DNA of 64,000 bases from Octopus sinensis (taxonomy: Eukaryota). The notes under the pieces are model-generated. The model saw only the letters and a list, made by a program, of their open reading frames with translations. It did no database searches and was not told the DNA's origin. Where the stretch lies: assembly GCF_006345805.1 (NCBI RefSeq), contig NC_043016.1, forward strand, positions 15,934,001-15,998,000, given 5' to 3'. Shown here one piece after another: positions 24,455-38,900 of the stretch (positions within the stretch are counted from its first letter, which is position 1; the number at the start of each line of letters is the position of its first letter). A program made the position numbers and the translations under genes.

Positions 24455-27400
24455 CACACACGATTGGGTTCTTTCAGTTTGCGTCTGCCAAATCCACTCA
24501 CAAGGCTATATTAGAAGACACTTGACCAAGGTGCCACACGGAGGGACTGAAACTGGGACCATGTAGCTAGGAAGCAAGCTTCGTACCACACAGTCACTCC
24601 CATGCCTATTGTTTAAATATACTTCACAAACACACAGGAATAAATTTTTAAAAAATGATGTAAATATTTGTTCTATAATTGAGTTGGTCACAAATATATA
24701 TATATATAAAAAAAAGAGATGCTGTTGTAAGTTCCCAGACCCACGTTTCTTATCCTTCTGCCCGCTGCATTCCTGGTGAATTTAGCATCATCATCTCCAT
24801 CATTACTGTATAAGCACAGGTATGGTTACATGGTTAAAAAGTTTGTTTCCCAATCACATGGTTTTGAGTTCAGTTTCACAGTGTGGCACCTAGGGTGCCT
24901 TCTACTTTAGTCCTGGGGCCAACCAAAGCTTTGGGAGCGGATTTGGTAGAAGGTAACTGCAAAAAGTATCTGTTGTATGTGTGTGCCTCCTTGTCTCAAC
25001 ATCATACAGTGGTCCTAAAGGAGCACCGCTGTCGTAAAAGCAGACTTTTACATTTCCCAAGGTTTGTTAAAAACATATCTGGCCATGGGGGAACATTACC
25101 CTGCTGTGAAGAGAGAGGCATCAAGTTCCAACAAATTCTATCTAACCAACAGAAAAAAAAAAATGGATATAAAATTACAATAGTTATCATCATCATCATC
25201 ATTATTATTATTATTATTATTATTACTAAATGGCAGAACCATTAGTATGCTGGATGAAATGCTTATTAATATTCTGCCTATTGCTACATTCTGAGTTCAA
25301 ATTCTGCTGAGGTCGACTTTACCTTTCATCCTTTCAAGGTTGATAAAGTAAAGTCCCAGTTGTGATACTGGGGTGGTCGATGTAATCGATTCATCCCCTC
25401 CCCCAAAATTGCTTCCTTTGTGGCAAAATTTGAAACCATTCTTCTTCTTAAAATGCTCATTGGCATTTCTTCTGGCTCTTTACATTCTGAGTTCAAATTC
25501 TGTGAAGGTCGACGTTGCTTTTCATCCTTTCATCATCATCGTTTAGCGTCCGCTTTCCATGCTGGCATGGGTTGGACGGTTTGACTGGGGTCTGGGAAGC
25601 CAGAAGGCTGCACCAGGCTCCAGTCTGATCTGGCAGTGTTTCTACAGCTGGATGCCCTTCCTAATGCCAACCACTCCGAGAGTGTAGTGGGTGCTTTTTA
25701 CGTGCCAGGCGAGGCTGGCAACGGCCACGATCGGTTGGTGGTTTTTACATGCCACCGACATGGAAGCCAGTCAAGGCGGCGCTGGCATCGGCCACGTACG
25801 GATGGTGCTTTTTACATGCCACTGGCACAGGTGCCAGGGTAGGCTGGCAGCACTGGGGTTGATGTAATCAACTAGCCCCCATCCCGTAAATTTCAGGCCT
25901 TGTGCCTACATTAGAATCATATTCATTATTATTACTATTGTTGTTGTAACACAAATATTTCTTGTAGTAATGCCATTTGTGATTCCTACCACTCCATATT
26001 GCAATTATCCATGTCTATAGACAGCTGGAATGGTTTATTTCATGGATAGAGGAATTTATTTTCACAGTTGGATGTCTGTCTTTTCAATAGTAAGATCACT
26101 GTTTAGCCCCAGGTCAGCCCCAATCTAGCTGATCCATGATCAAAACTATACCAGCCATGACCATTAAATCTTGAGTGTCTTCATTTAGCCCTTGCAGAGC
26201 CAGATTAAGACATGATGAAACCCTAAGCTACATACACTTTACAGACCATTAGAAAAAAAAAAAAAAATCCACACTAGTAGGTTTCATGAAAATTGAAAAC
26301 ATATTCACCCTTTAACCTATTTATGATTACTGCAGTTTGTCAGACATAAGTTTTATTCAGCTAATGTCTAACTTTATAACACAGCCCCAAGACTGAGTCT
26401 AGTTCTGTATCCCATTATCCCGAGTTCAAATTCACTCATATATTATTCAGCTTTGTCAAGGTACCAATAATATCCTGAGCTCGATATTAATTACCAATAC
26501 TTTTCGTCCAATCCTATTCTGCAGCAAAATTTTATGACAGAATATCAGAAGAAATGATTTACAATAATTAGGGATGTTCATTTAAGATTCCAAGTTCAAA
26601 TCCCGTCACCTCACTCGATATCCCTGACCCTGTACTTGTGTTTTATTACTTTGTTCCAAAGCAAGGGACTGTGCCCTCAGTCTATTCACATCCTATGGAA
26701 CTGGTGGCATTTACGATGTCAAAGTCCCTCTTAAACTGTTGCAGGTTGAAATCTACAGGAAAGGCAGACACAGGGAAAGGGGTTCAGAGAGCCAATGTTC
26801 TGGGGAAGAAGGGTTGGGTGAAGTCTTTAGTGAAGGACCTGAGGTGTGTGTGAAAAGGAGGATGTTAGGTACAATATCAGTGATAAAAGGGGGGGGGGAT
26901 GAATGAACAGGGAGTAACTGAAAGGAAGTGGGGAGCCAAACCAAACAGGACTGAATTAAAAGTTGAGGCCATTATAGTAGCAACAGAAAAAAAAAGCAGA
27001 AAGAGGAGAGTGTGGGGGCCAGAGGCTGTAATATGATTGTGCCTTCATACCCAGATCGGTCAAGTGGCCTTTTTTTGGATGTAACAACAGCAGGAGGAGG
27101 AGGGGTGGGGTGGGGTGGAAACTGGTTCATTGCTGATATTTGATAGTGTAAATGTCTCTGATTAGTCTGACTTATGTTACTGTTTCTGGGTCAGTAACTT
27201 CTAGTAATTTGATGATGAAGGAATGGGTCAACCGGGATAATCAAATCATCTAAGCAAGGGACAAGAACCAACTAAGAAGTCTGTATGCAGTTGCTCAACT
27301 TTCTAGAAATAGCACTCAAATCTCCTTTAAATCACATCATCCTATCATCTTCAGTGAAGGACATGTTAGATAACATTGGTTTAGATAGAACAGGGCAGAA

Positions 27401-27557
27401 ATAAAAGGCAGAACAATCACGACTGGAACACAATTGTGATTTAGGTTTGCTGGATCGAGGCTAATCTGGAATTAAACACCAACAACAACAACTACTATAA
27501 TAACCTTTCTGAGTATTTTAAAATTAATTTCCATAAAACTAAAATAAATCACCTTAC

Positions 27558-27638
27558 CTTTTGGTGTAGGAAGAGAAGATGTACCTATCACAGGTATTTT
27601 TGTGTCTCTTTTGCCAGGAGAGTCCACAAGCTTTGAAT
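27558..27638 (-). CDS. PPP4R4: PPP4R4 C-terminal tail exon
   Basis: ctccaaaccag|AT...AAAG|gtaagg, 81 nt, phase 1 to 1. DSKLVDSPGKRDTKIPVIGTSSLPTPK. Confidence 0.8.
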
Positions 27639-28421
27639 CTGGTTTGGAGAATTAATTAAAGTAAAATGAAAAAAAATTTAAAAAACAACAACAAAAAAAC
27701 ATTTAAATATATAAACGAAAATATAATGGAAAAAACTTCCACATTTTATGATTGCCGTGGGTGGTGTGTGGAGGAGAAAAGAAGACTTACATGATGGCAG
27801 GGTTGGGGAAGGGAAGAAGAGATATCCAAAGCAGGTAACGGGGGGGGGGGCAAAGTGGGTGATGGAAGGGTAAAGGAGCAGGGGAAGATGTGGTGGTAGG
27901 GCTAGGGTAGAGGTGAAAGGAAGGGGCAAAGACGAAGGAGAAGGTGGGGTGGAGGCAGTTAAGAGGTGATAGTAGAGCTGAAAGATGCCAACGGAAGAGC
28001 TAAGGAAAATTTGGTGGCAGCAACAGAAAAATATCATAGAACAGCAAAAGTAATCAAAGATATAAAAAAGAATAAAGGAAATAAGTAGCTGGAGACGGAC
28101 AGGGAGGAAGAAGTGCCCCTCCCCCGCCTGCCCCACTTCTCAACCCGTCTATTTTATATCAGAAATATTCAGAACCATTCCAAGTATTACCATAATGGAT
28201 TCCACTGAATAACAGTCAACTGCTGCCAGAAGGAACATACCATTCAGTTGCCAACTGCAATTGATTTTATTCAACATTAACCCTGATTGCACAATGGTGT
28301 AGCTCGATAGTCTGTGAGCCAAGTTCCATTTTTGGTAGAAACACAGGAAGGGTTTTGGATTAAAGAAATTGATACGACATTGAAAGAGCAACGGAAAGAT
28401 GTCTGCTGCTGCTGCACCACC

Positions 28422-28453
<32 letters not shown>

Positions 28454-28774
28454 CAACAAGACTCTGCTCCTCTGAAAAACTAAGTTATGTACACAACACA
28501 CTCGTCTCTCCTCTTGACACCCCCACACCACACTATAACTGATAATTTCTCCTCAGAATGTCAACCCTCTGAAATTCCTGCAGACATCAACTTACACATT
28601 TTCAAGTAGAACACCATTAACCATTCTTGGAGGTCATGTGGCAGCTTCAGGCACTGTCCATTCCACAGGACTAAACTTTAAATACGCACAACACACATTT
28701 CATATTTAAAGATTGAAAAGTTATGATCTCTATAAGTTTGTCATAAAAAAGAAAAAAAAAAAAGAGCATCTTAC

Positions 28775-28867
28775 CTCGCTTGGGAATTTGTGATGTAGAG
28801 CATATTGAAGAAGTGGATCGGGATTTAACTAGACGACAGTTTGGTATCGAAGAACCTTTGGTTTTAA
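28775..28867 (-). CDS. PPP4R4: PPP4R4 C-terminal tail exon
   Basis: atttgcag|TT...CGAG|gtaaga, 93 nt, phase 1 to 1. VKTKGSSIPNCRLVKSRSTSSICSTSQIPKR; the RLVKSRS stretch recalls human KLIRSQS. Confidence 0.85.
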
Positions 28868-29774
28868 CTGCAAATTTAATTGAAAACCAACAACAAAATC
28901 TTTAAAATTATCAATCAAAAAACATATCAAAATTTCATGAATTGGATCTAAAAAATAAATATTTTTTTTTAGTTTTAAATAAATGTAATTTTAAAAATAA
29001 TTGACTGTATTAATCATTTATCATACAAATTTATTATACAACATTGAAAAGAATATCGTCTAAATAAAAGTTAATTCAAAACAGTATTTTATAATCCCTG
29101 ATTAAAATATGTTAACAATATATCTTTTACCCCACTCTACCTTCTACATCAGTGACATAAAAACTGAATTATTGTCAACATACACAATAAACTGTTGTGT
29201 GTGTGTGTGTGTGTGTGTCTTCATCTATTCATCCATGTGGTCAGTAAACCAGTACATTGATCTCACTGCCTCTGGGGTCAGCAAATGGTACAATATCAAA
29301 ATACAGGGATAGTTGATTATATTGGCCCCAGTGCTCAACTGGTACTTATTTCATTGACTCAGAAAGGAAGAAAAAGCAAAGTTGACCTTGATGGAATTTG
29401 AGCTCAAAATGTAGACGAAATGCTCATCAGCGTCCATTGTGCTAACGATTCCTTCCAGCTCGTTATCAGGATAATAGTCTTGTACATCTTTAAGCTTGTA
29501 GTTTAATTTAAAAGTTCATAACTCAAGAAATATATTCAGAGTACCAGTAAACTAACATCACACACACACACACACACACACAGAGGATAGGCATTTATAA
29601 AATAATATGTTGATAAAAGATTTCAACATTATGAGGCAATACAAAATATTTTAGCAACAAAAAATTATTTAGTTACACACTCACACACATGTACATCTGA
29701 ATGTATGTATATGTAAATAAATTTGTGGTAATCACAGCCATCATCCTACAGGTACTATGTGGTTAAATAAATAA

Positions 29775-30655
<881 letters not shown>

Positions 30656-31337
30656 CGTGTGTGTTCTCGCTTTTCACTTTTGTAGATGTATGGAATAAGA
30701 GATCCCCTACCAGAAAATCAGGTAAAGCTTAGTGACAGGAAGGCTATTTGACTGCAAAACAATGTCTCAGAAATACATTTGTCTAATTCTAATGTCCATC
30801 TTTTGTCCATGCTTCCATGGGTAGGACAGCGACATATTTAAAGCAGGATTTTTTAGCTGAATGTTTTTCTTGTCACCAGCCCCAATCCTTGATTTTCAAG
30901 TCAGGAATTTAAAAACTTCCACAGGCACACAGTATCAACAAGGAATGTAAACATAACAATGTTTAGTTGAGATGGTAACAAACAGCTTTACAATTTCAAT
31001 ATTTGTGCACGTACACACACACACACGTGACAATCTTCCACACAGTTTCCATCTACCATATTCCCTAATGAGGCATTAGTTAACCTAGAGTAGAAAATAC
31101 TTATCCACAATGCTGTGCAGTAGGGCTGAACCTGAAACCATAAAGCTACAAAGATAACTTCTTAAGAACAGGGCACTGTGTTTATGTCTTATAACTTAGT
31201 GGTTTGACAAACAGATATTGATAAGAACCAAATTCAGAAATAATTAGTGGGGCTGGGGCAATATTATTGACCTAAATCCTTCAATGGGGTGCCGCAGTAA
31301 AGCCAAGCCCTATAATATATATACATATATTCCTTAC

Positions 31338-31445
31338 CCTTTGGTGAAGACACTGGTGTTAAACTGGATGAGCAATTACTTAAAGATTTTTTGCATTCTT
31401 TTAATGGAGTTGGACTTGCTCGTTTCTCAGAAGTGGATTTTTGAG
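31338..31445 (-). CDS. PPP4R4: PPP4R4 C-terminal tail exon
   Basis: gttttcag|CT...AAGG|gtaagg, 108 nt, phase 1 to 1. AQKSTSEKRASPTPLKECKKSLSNCSSSLTPVSSPK. Confidence 0.85.
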
Positions 31446-32078
31446 CTGAAAACAAAATAGATAAAGAAAAATATTTTTTCATCAAAGAATATTTTTATTA
31501 CAATACTGTTCAAGAAGGAATGGCATTCATCTTACAAATTTATGTGTTCCATTAATGTACATGCATGCAAAGGGTTTCCACACAGTTTCCGTCTACCAAA
31601 TTCACTATTGGTTAACTCAAGGCTACAATCGAAGACAATTGTGGCCATGTGGTTAAGAGGTTTGCTTCCCAAACCACTAATATGGTTTTCAGTCCCATTG
31701 CATGGTACCTTAGTCAAGTGTCTCCTGATAAGGTTCTCAGCTGACCAAAGCCTTATAAGTGAATCTAGCAGATGGAAACTGAAAGAAGCCTGTCACATAT
31801 ACTATCAATATTTAAGACTTGTGCTTCATGTTGGTATGGGTTGGGCTGTTGGACAGGTTCCAATGACTGCAAGAACTGCACTGTGCAGTAATGTCTGCCT
31901 TGGCATCATTTCTACAGCAGCAGCAGGAGGACTTTCCTCATACCAACCATTTTACAGCATGTACAGAGCTTTTGCTTTTTAAGGCCACCAGTACTACTGA
32001 GGTTGTCATGCAGCTTTGTGCTAGGAGGTGAGGGGTTCCAGTATGAGAGAAACAGGTGGCCACAATACAACACACACA

Positions 32079-32123
<45 letters not shown>

Positions 32124-32522
32124 GCACCACACTGTTTGCATCATGATATTAAAGATCACATGAAGCAAGCAGTGTTGTTAGTGTCTCCTGTCTTCTGCTT
32201 ATATTTTACCTTTGAAGCTGTGTGACATAACCCGCTAAGGAAAGAAACACGGAAAGGTTAATGCGAGAAAAGGTATCTGACTGTAAAATAAAACCTTAAA
32301 TTTGTCCAACCCATGCCAGCATGGAAAGACGAATGTAAAACAAATGAATGAAAAGAAGATTGGGAATATGTTTTAAGTGCTGAACCACAAGAGAACTTGT
32401 TCCGTAATAAAGGTAACACAAACCAACATAATGGGCATAAATGGTGCCAGGTATTTTTAGCTAAATTTTTAATCAGTCATTTCTATATAACTACAACAAC
32501 CCCAGCACCCTTACATATTTAC

Positions 32523-32601
32523 CTGAAACTTTTCTTGGAGAAGGAATTTTAGAAAATGGTACATCTTTCTTTACTTTTGATTTCTCTTCATTTTTTTCAT
32601 C
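32523..32601 (-). CDS. PPP4R4: PPP4R4 C-terminal tail exon
   Basis: gtatttaaag|GAT...TCAG|gtaaat, 79 nt, phase 0 to 1. DEKNEEKSKVKKDVPFSKIPSPRKVS. Confidence 0.82.
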
Positions 32602-32963
32602 CTTTAAATACAAGAAATAAAAAAAATAAGACAGGCATCTTAGGATGATTAACTTAAAATCAAAAATGCTTAACAACTGTATCATTCACCTTCACACTCA
32701 TTTCTTTTGATGCTTGTGAAAGCTGGGAGGGTCTTCTCCAACTCAGCATCTCATCCCTTTCCACAGTCCATTACCATCACCATTAATTCACTCTTGAGAT
32801 GAGCTTTTCCCATTTCTTACCATATTTTCCCAAGTTTTCTTTTTCTGTGAGATTTTACCATTTATATAACTTGGCACTTTTTACCAAATTGTCAACCTTC
32901 AAACTACATGTCCACATCAATGCATTCTTCTCTCTGGCACACTTCATCTAATTTCTCATACAT

Positions 32964-33082
32964 GCTTTCGGCCATATCACATTGAAAGCATTGGTTCTCG
33001 TCTAATCACCAAAGTTAAGCAACATCAAGCCTAGTTAGTACTTAGATGGGTGACCGCTTGGGAAACCTAGGTGCTGTAAACG
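32964..33082 (+). pseudogene. Full-length 5S rRNA pseudogene (intronic, antisense to PPP4R4)
   Basis: gctttcggccatatcacattgaaagcattggttctcgtctaatcaccaaagttaagcaacatcaagcctagttagtacttagatgggtgaccgcttgggaaacctaggtgctgtaaac is colinear with metazoan 5S. Differences are mostly CpG-type transitions, box C has gg to ag, and there is no oligo-T terminator. Confidence 0.9.
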
Positions 33083-33090
33083 TCACACTA

Positions 33091-33474
33091 AGTGCAGGAG
33101 TGGCTGTGTGGTAAGTAGCTTGCTTACCAACCACATGGTTCAGGTTCAGTCCCACTGCGTGGCACCTTGGGAAAGTGTCTTCTACTATAGCCTTGGACCC
33201 AACCAAAGCCTTGTGAGTGGATTTGGTAGATGGAAACTGAAAGAATCCCATTGTATACATGTATATAAAAATGTGTGTATTGTCCCCACCAACATCGCTT
33301 GACAACCGATGTTGGTGTGTTTATGTCCCTGTAACTTAGTGGTTCGGCAAAAGAGGCTGATAGAATAAGTACTAGGCTTACAAAGAATAAGTCCTGGGGT
33401 CGATTTGCTTGACTAAAGGCAGTGCTCCAGCATGGCCGCAGTCAAATGACTGAAACAATTAAAAGAGTAAAGAG
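33091..33474 (+). mobile_element. tRNA-derived SINE, family B (near full length)
   Basis: tRNA-like head (gtggctgtgtggtaag...ggttcagtcccactg), CORE-like ccttggg(c/a)aagtgtcttctactatagcc, (taaaagag)-type tail. Other copies at about 24238-24606(-), 24813-24990(+), 20998-21945(-, interrupted) and 55960-56260(-). Confidence 0.88.
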
Positions 33475-33887
33475 CATTTTCTCTTTCCTTCAGCTTATTT
33501 CTTCTCTGTCATTCCTATACATCAACATTAAGTCTCCAGCAGAGCCTGTTACTTTTTTCTTTCCACTCTTCATATATTATCCAAATTCAATATCCATATT
33601 ACGATACATTCACACCACTGCACTTCATATACAAGTACCAACCTATTCTTCATTCAAAACCAGAATTTCTTTCTTGCCAAAGAAAAGATTAAATAATAAC
33701 TCCCTCAACATTTTACATCCAACTATCACTTTATGCTTTAATAAAATCTTTGCTGCATACTGCTTCTTAGATTACCTCAGTAACAGATGCCAACAACTAC
33801 TTCTAAGGGTCACTCTGACTATTTGAAAGACTTCATTTCCCAAATTCTTTCACAGGTAGCTACCTGAAACACCAAAAAACAACTTAC

Positions 33888-33974
33888 ATTTAGCAAACTT
33901 ATTTCTTCAGCCTCTCGATGCAAATCTATCAAATCTTCGGCTGTCTGTAATTTCTCCTGAGTTTTTGATCCAAG
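33888..33974 (-). CDS. PPP4R4: PPP4R4 exon
   Basis: tcttcag|CTT...CTAAAT|gtaagt, 87 nt. LGSKTQEKLQTAEDLIDLHREAEEISLLN versus human EKDLLDQEKEREELLLL. Confidence 0.88.
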
Positions 33975-35254
33975 CTGAAGATTTCAACAAAAACATGAAA
34001 TGTTTAATGTTATTGGAATATAATATTGTCAGAAAGAGAATGATATAAACAAGTAATTCTTCAGATAGTGGTCAATTAAAGATACTCTCCATATTTGGTA
34101 GTCTGTGTCTATGTGAATAATGGTGGTGAATAAATGCCAGAATTATGATAATATGATTAACCCATGCTAGCATGGAAAGTGGACGTTAAACGATGATGAT
34201 GATTATTTCAGAAGTTCAAACAACTGAACCAGCAACTCATTCAATTATAATGCAAGTGGCTGAATACTCCATAATTGTGTGTGCCTTAAATGTGTTTCTT
34301 AGACCAAAATCAGTATGACAAGTGTGTTTGACAAAGATGGTCTTTGAACTTCATCCATCCATCAACTGACAGAATTTGGGTTAATCCCTGGCTATGGCAG
34401 AAGACACTTGCCCAACATACCATGGATCCAGGACAACAGGATTAACAACAATCAACTTTATAACCATTTGATCATGAATGTAATTTAATATTAAACTTTT
34501 ATTACTATATTTCTGTTGAAATAAACTACTTTTATTTCAATTAATTTTGTGGCATGTAAAAAGCACCAGTCGAGCGTGACTGATGCCAGTGCTACCTAAC
34601 TGGTATGTAAGAAGCACCATCTGAATGTGGTCTCCTGACTGGCTCCCGTGGAGATGACATGTAAAATGCACCCATTACACTCTCAGAGTGTTTGGCATTA
34701 GGAAGGGCATCCAGCTGTAGGAACCTTGCCAAATCAGACTGGAGCCTGGTGAAGCCTCATGGTTTGCCAGTTCCCAGTCAAATCATCGAACCCATGCCAG
34801 CATGGAGAGCAGATGTTAAACAGCGACGATGACAATGATGAATTGTTTTAATTAAGATTGCTTTAAAACAAGAAGCTTGTATAGAAGAATTAGGGAGAGT
34901 CTCATGTAGGATGATGTCACTCAGGTTAAATACATACATGCGGAAAACGGACGTTAAACGATGATGATGATAATATACAAATTAAATTTGGGTCATCAAT
35001 TCGCTTAAAATTGGGAAAATAATATGCAATGATTATTCCTGGCAATAACATGTACCAATTCTATGAAGACATCCTTTTAACTGACTAAAAATTATTCATT
35101 TTACAATAATTCATTAAAATATGAAGACACTGAAAGTTAATACAAGTATTTCAATCAATTGCTAGAATATTGTTAGGCCAAACAATTTGATTTAACAAAT
35201 CAAATACTGACTCATTAGCAACCAACAGCTAAGATAATATTGAGGTACACTTAC

Positions 35255-35296
35255 CAAATGAACAGGCACAACAATTTGTTCTAGATCCCAGAGTGC
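35255..35296 (-). CDS. PPP4R4: PPP4R4 small exon
   Basis: aatttag|GCA...CATTTG|gtaagt, 42 nt. ALWDLEQIVVPVHL sits at the position of human TVLELDRMEMSM. Confidence 0.82.
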
Positions 35297-35779
35297 CTAA
35301 ATTTAATAAAGAATATTTTTAGAAATCAGTGGAAAAGAAATTGAGACAAAATAGCAAGTAGGAGTAGGGAGATAAACCGGGAGCAGGACAAAATGAAGAG
35401 CAGAGTAGAAAGATAAACCAAGGTTAATGCATGGGGAAAGAAAGAGAATTTTGTGGTTTAAGGAGGGGGGGGGATGGCCACTGTAACGTGAGGGTGTGAA
35501 TAACAATACTAATGGATAAGAATAGAGGACAAGTGCAACGATGGTTCTGGATAGCAAGAGAGAAAAGTAATATCAGAATGTGGGGTAAGAACTGCAGGGG
35601 ATATGAGTGAGGTGGGGATGGTAACATGAAGTAGGGATTGATTGGGTCCCTCATTTATATATATACACTCACAAAAAGATATGAATTATATATAGATGTG
35701 TGTGTGTGTGTATACATATATATATATATACACATATATATAACATATACCCACGCAGTGCCACAGAAGTCAGTTTTCA

Positions 35780-38330
35780 TCATCATGATGATGGGTAGGT
35801 TTTCACAAGGACCCCGTTTTGCCAGATATCCTGGTCCTTTGTCATTTCCTCTGTGAGGCCTAAGATCCGAAAGTCAGCCTCCATCATTCCATTCCGTATC
35901 TTCTTTATTCACAAGCTGCTTCTGCCATACTTAGTGTTTCAGCACTTCATTATACAAGTGTGCATGAGGACATGCATCATGCACGTGCAGCAGTGCAGTC
36001 CTCGTTCTTGCACAAAGCATCTGATCACTCTCATGCTCAGTCTTTCTCTCAGCACATTTTTACTATTATGTCTGTGCACATCCAGCAGGGCATCATAGTT
36101 TCCTTTCTTTCCAGACAGCCCATGTCCTCTGCATTGGAGACCGAAGACTCACTGCCATGTAGCATTACAATTCTAACACAAGCATCTGATAGTCTGTGGG
36201 GAAAGACCTACCTTTGTTGACCGCAGACCAGCAGTGGTAGTGGCTCCCTCAATGTCACCAACCTTTTCTTAATCTGGCCACTGTGCTTTCACAGCAGTCA
36301 CCTCTCTTGCTAATTACATCTCCTAAGTAACAAAAGCTCTGCACTACTTCCACTGAGCAGTCTGGACATTTAAGAGACTCAATTTCTGGTGTGCTTGTAC
36401 AAGCTGTTCCTATATGTCTCCCACATTTTCAGATGGTCTGCTAGTGGTTCCTTTCTTGTGTGTCCAAAGCTTACATTGAGTACAGTTTATACCTAGCCCT
36501 TTTCTGCATATCAAGCAAGGCAATTTCATTAAAGGCACCAGGGTCCTGTCTTTTTAACTATTTACTAAAATCTTGTCTTTTCCAGGTTACCTTTAAGGTT
36601 CCTCATGCCTGGAATTTCTTCTCCAATTCCTCTACAGATTTAGTTATGAGGACTAGACTGGTATATAAGAGTTCCTATGGACATCCAGTCTTAAACTCCT
36701 ATGGGACTATGATGAATAGGAAGGGACAAAGAACTGAGCCTTGATTCACTCCAACCCTCAAAAGCCATTCATCAATGCCCAATTTCCTTAATGACCACCA
36801 GATTACTGTACATGGTACCCAATCAAATGTCTTCTCCAGGTCAACAAAGGCTAGAAATAATAGTTTACTTTTGGTCAAGTATTTCTCCTGTAGTTTCCTC
36901 ACTAGGAATATTGCCATTCATGGTACCTCTTCCAGACACAAAAACCAAACTTAATCTCATCTAGATCTATCCTGTCACAAATCAGCTGTGAAATGATTCT
37001 TTTTATAATCTTCATAACCTGATCCAGTTTTTAAAATTCCTCTATAACTGCTTGTCTCTATGATGTCTCCTTTGCCTTTGTAGCAGTTTACAACGATACT
37101 GCTACACCAGTTACTGGTTATGACTCCCTCTTGTAAGACTTATTTTACTATCCAGGTGGTAATCCTGTACCTGCCCTCACCAAATATTTTCGGCATCTCA
37201 GCAATTATCCCAGATGGTCCTGCAGCCTTCTTTCTCTTCATGTCCTTGACTGCCTCATCCACTATACTGCTGTCAGCTTAAATTTGCTGGTGCCCCTATA
37301 GGATCTACATGAGATAGGGCCTTTTTACCCCATGTGTTTTTCATACTCAACCTGTCATAACAGCACTTCCATGCCACTCTCTTGTATGCCTTTATCATTC
37401 CAAGCACACTCCTCACCAATTACGTCTCAGTTCCCTCTCACACACTACCTTGCAATCCTGAACACCTCTGATGCTCACTTTGCAGGACAAGCACAAATCA
37501 CTTTCTCTCTGCTTCAAGTCGTGAAGACCTGTTGAGGCAAATGAGAATCAGAATCGAAATCGATCAATGGAAATTGCAGCTGAGATACCATGCCGGTGGC
37601 ACGTAAGAGAACCATCCGAATGTGGCCGTTGCCAGCGCCGCCCCGACTGGCCTCGTGCCGGTGGCACGTAAAAAGCACCATCCATTCGTGGCCGTTGCCA
37701 GCCTCGCCTGGCACATAAAAAGCACCATCCAATCGTGGCCGTTTGCCAGCCTCGTTTGGGACCTGTGCCGGTGGCACATAAAAAGCACCTACTACACTCA
37801 TGGAGTGGTTGGCGTTAGGAAGGGCATCCAGCTGTAGAAACACTGCCAGGTCAAACTGGGCCTGATGCAGCCTTCTGGCTTCCCAGACCCCAGTCAAACC
37901 GTCCAACCCATGCTAGCATGGAAAGCAGACGCTAAACGATGATGATGATATCTGTCGTTTAGCTACATGCCTATGCATCCTATTATTCCCACTTCCTTCC
38001 AAATTTTCCACATTTGTTTCTTATGTTTTTGTAGCTGTATCAACGGAGTATTGTTCCACCACCACATTACTTCCATTCTGGTTGGGACTTTGCTCCAGCC
38101 ACATGTCTGATCAGTGGCCCTGAGCATGTTACTTTGTAAAAATTCCCAATTTCCATCTACGTTACATGTGTCTAAGTCTATCTTGTTGCAGCCATATGCA
38201 TCAGTATTTTTCTGAATCTCCTTCCAATTGCAGGCCTTTAGTTTTCTATATTTTCCTTCTCCATGTTGTCGTTCATTGCCATGTCTTCCTGGCCCTAACT
38301 CTGAAGTCACTGATCAATAATCTGTGTTGT
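35780..38330 (-). mobile_element. Decayed RTE-clade LINE of the same family, with a nested (+) 3'-UTR copy at 37514-37947
   Basis: IFLVRKLQEKYL..FLAFVDLEKTFD at 36699-36917 and a WWWNN motif at 37963-38310. The nested copy is in the opposite orientation. Confidence 0.8.
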
Positions 38331-38900
38331 GCGGAGCATTCTTCACAAGGAAAGATTTTGGCATTTACAATAGATGTTCTGAAAGAGCTAATGTTTTGAG
38401 GTCCCTTTAGTCGGTCTCACTGAGCACTCCAGTGCTGCTTCTTTGATAAAAACACACACTATAAAGTAGTCGGCTATAGGAAGGGTATCTGGTAGTAGAA
38501 ATAAATTGAAGTACCCATCTACTAAGAGCAGTGGCCTCCAATAACAAATGACAGATTGTGATGACCCAAGTTAGCCTGGAAAGTAGATGGAAAATGATCA
38601 ACTTGAGGTTATGGTAGAAACATTTGTATAAAGATGCTGTGCAACAGGATTGAACCCCAAAACAAGAGACTGCTAGACATGCTTTTTAATGATCCAGCCA
38701 TGCTTGTGCTCAGACAAGAAGTCTTTGACTTACAATGGATTGGGCATAGCTGGAAAACTTCTGATTAATAAATCTACTCCCTTAGAACTGAATTGGGGTT
38801 AAACAGAAAGAATAATATTAAATTTTAGTAAATAATCTGAAAATTTTGTGAAAATTAAAGCTAAAGCCATTTTAATGAATTGTATACAAATAGATCTTAC

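Noticed and set aside
28400-28470. (GCT)(CAC)(CAA) trinucleotide run as a second homopolymer exon
   Set aside because: No suitable minus-strand splice sites, and the flanking exons already join in phase 1.
32964-33082. Functional 5S rRNA gene
   Set aside because: Single intronic copy with many CpG transitions, a box C substitution and no T-run terminator.
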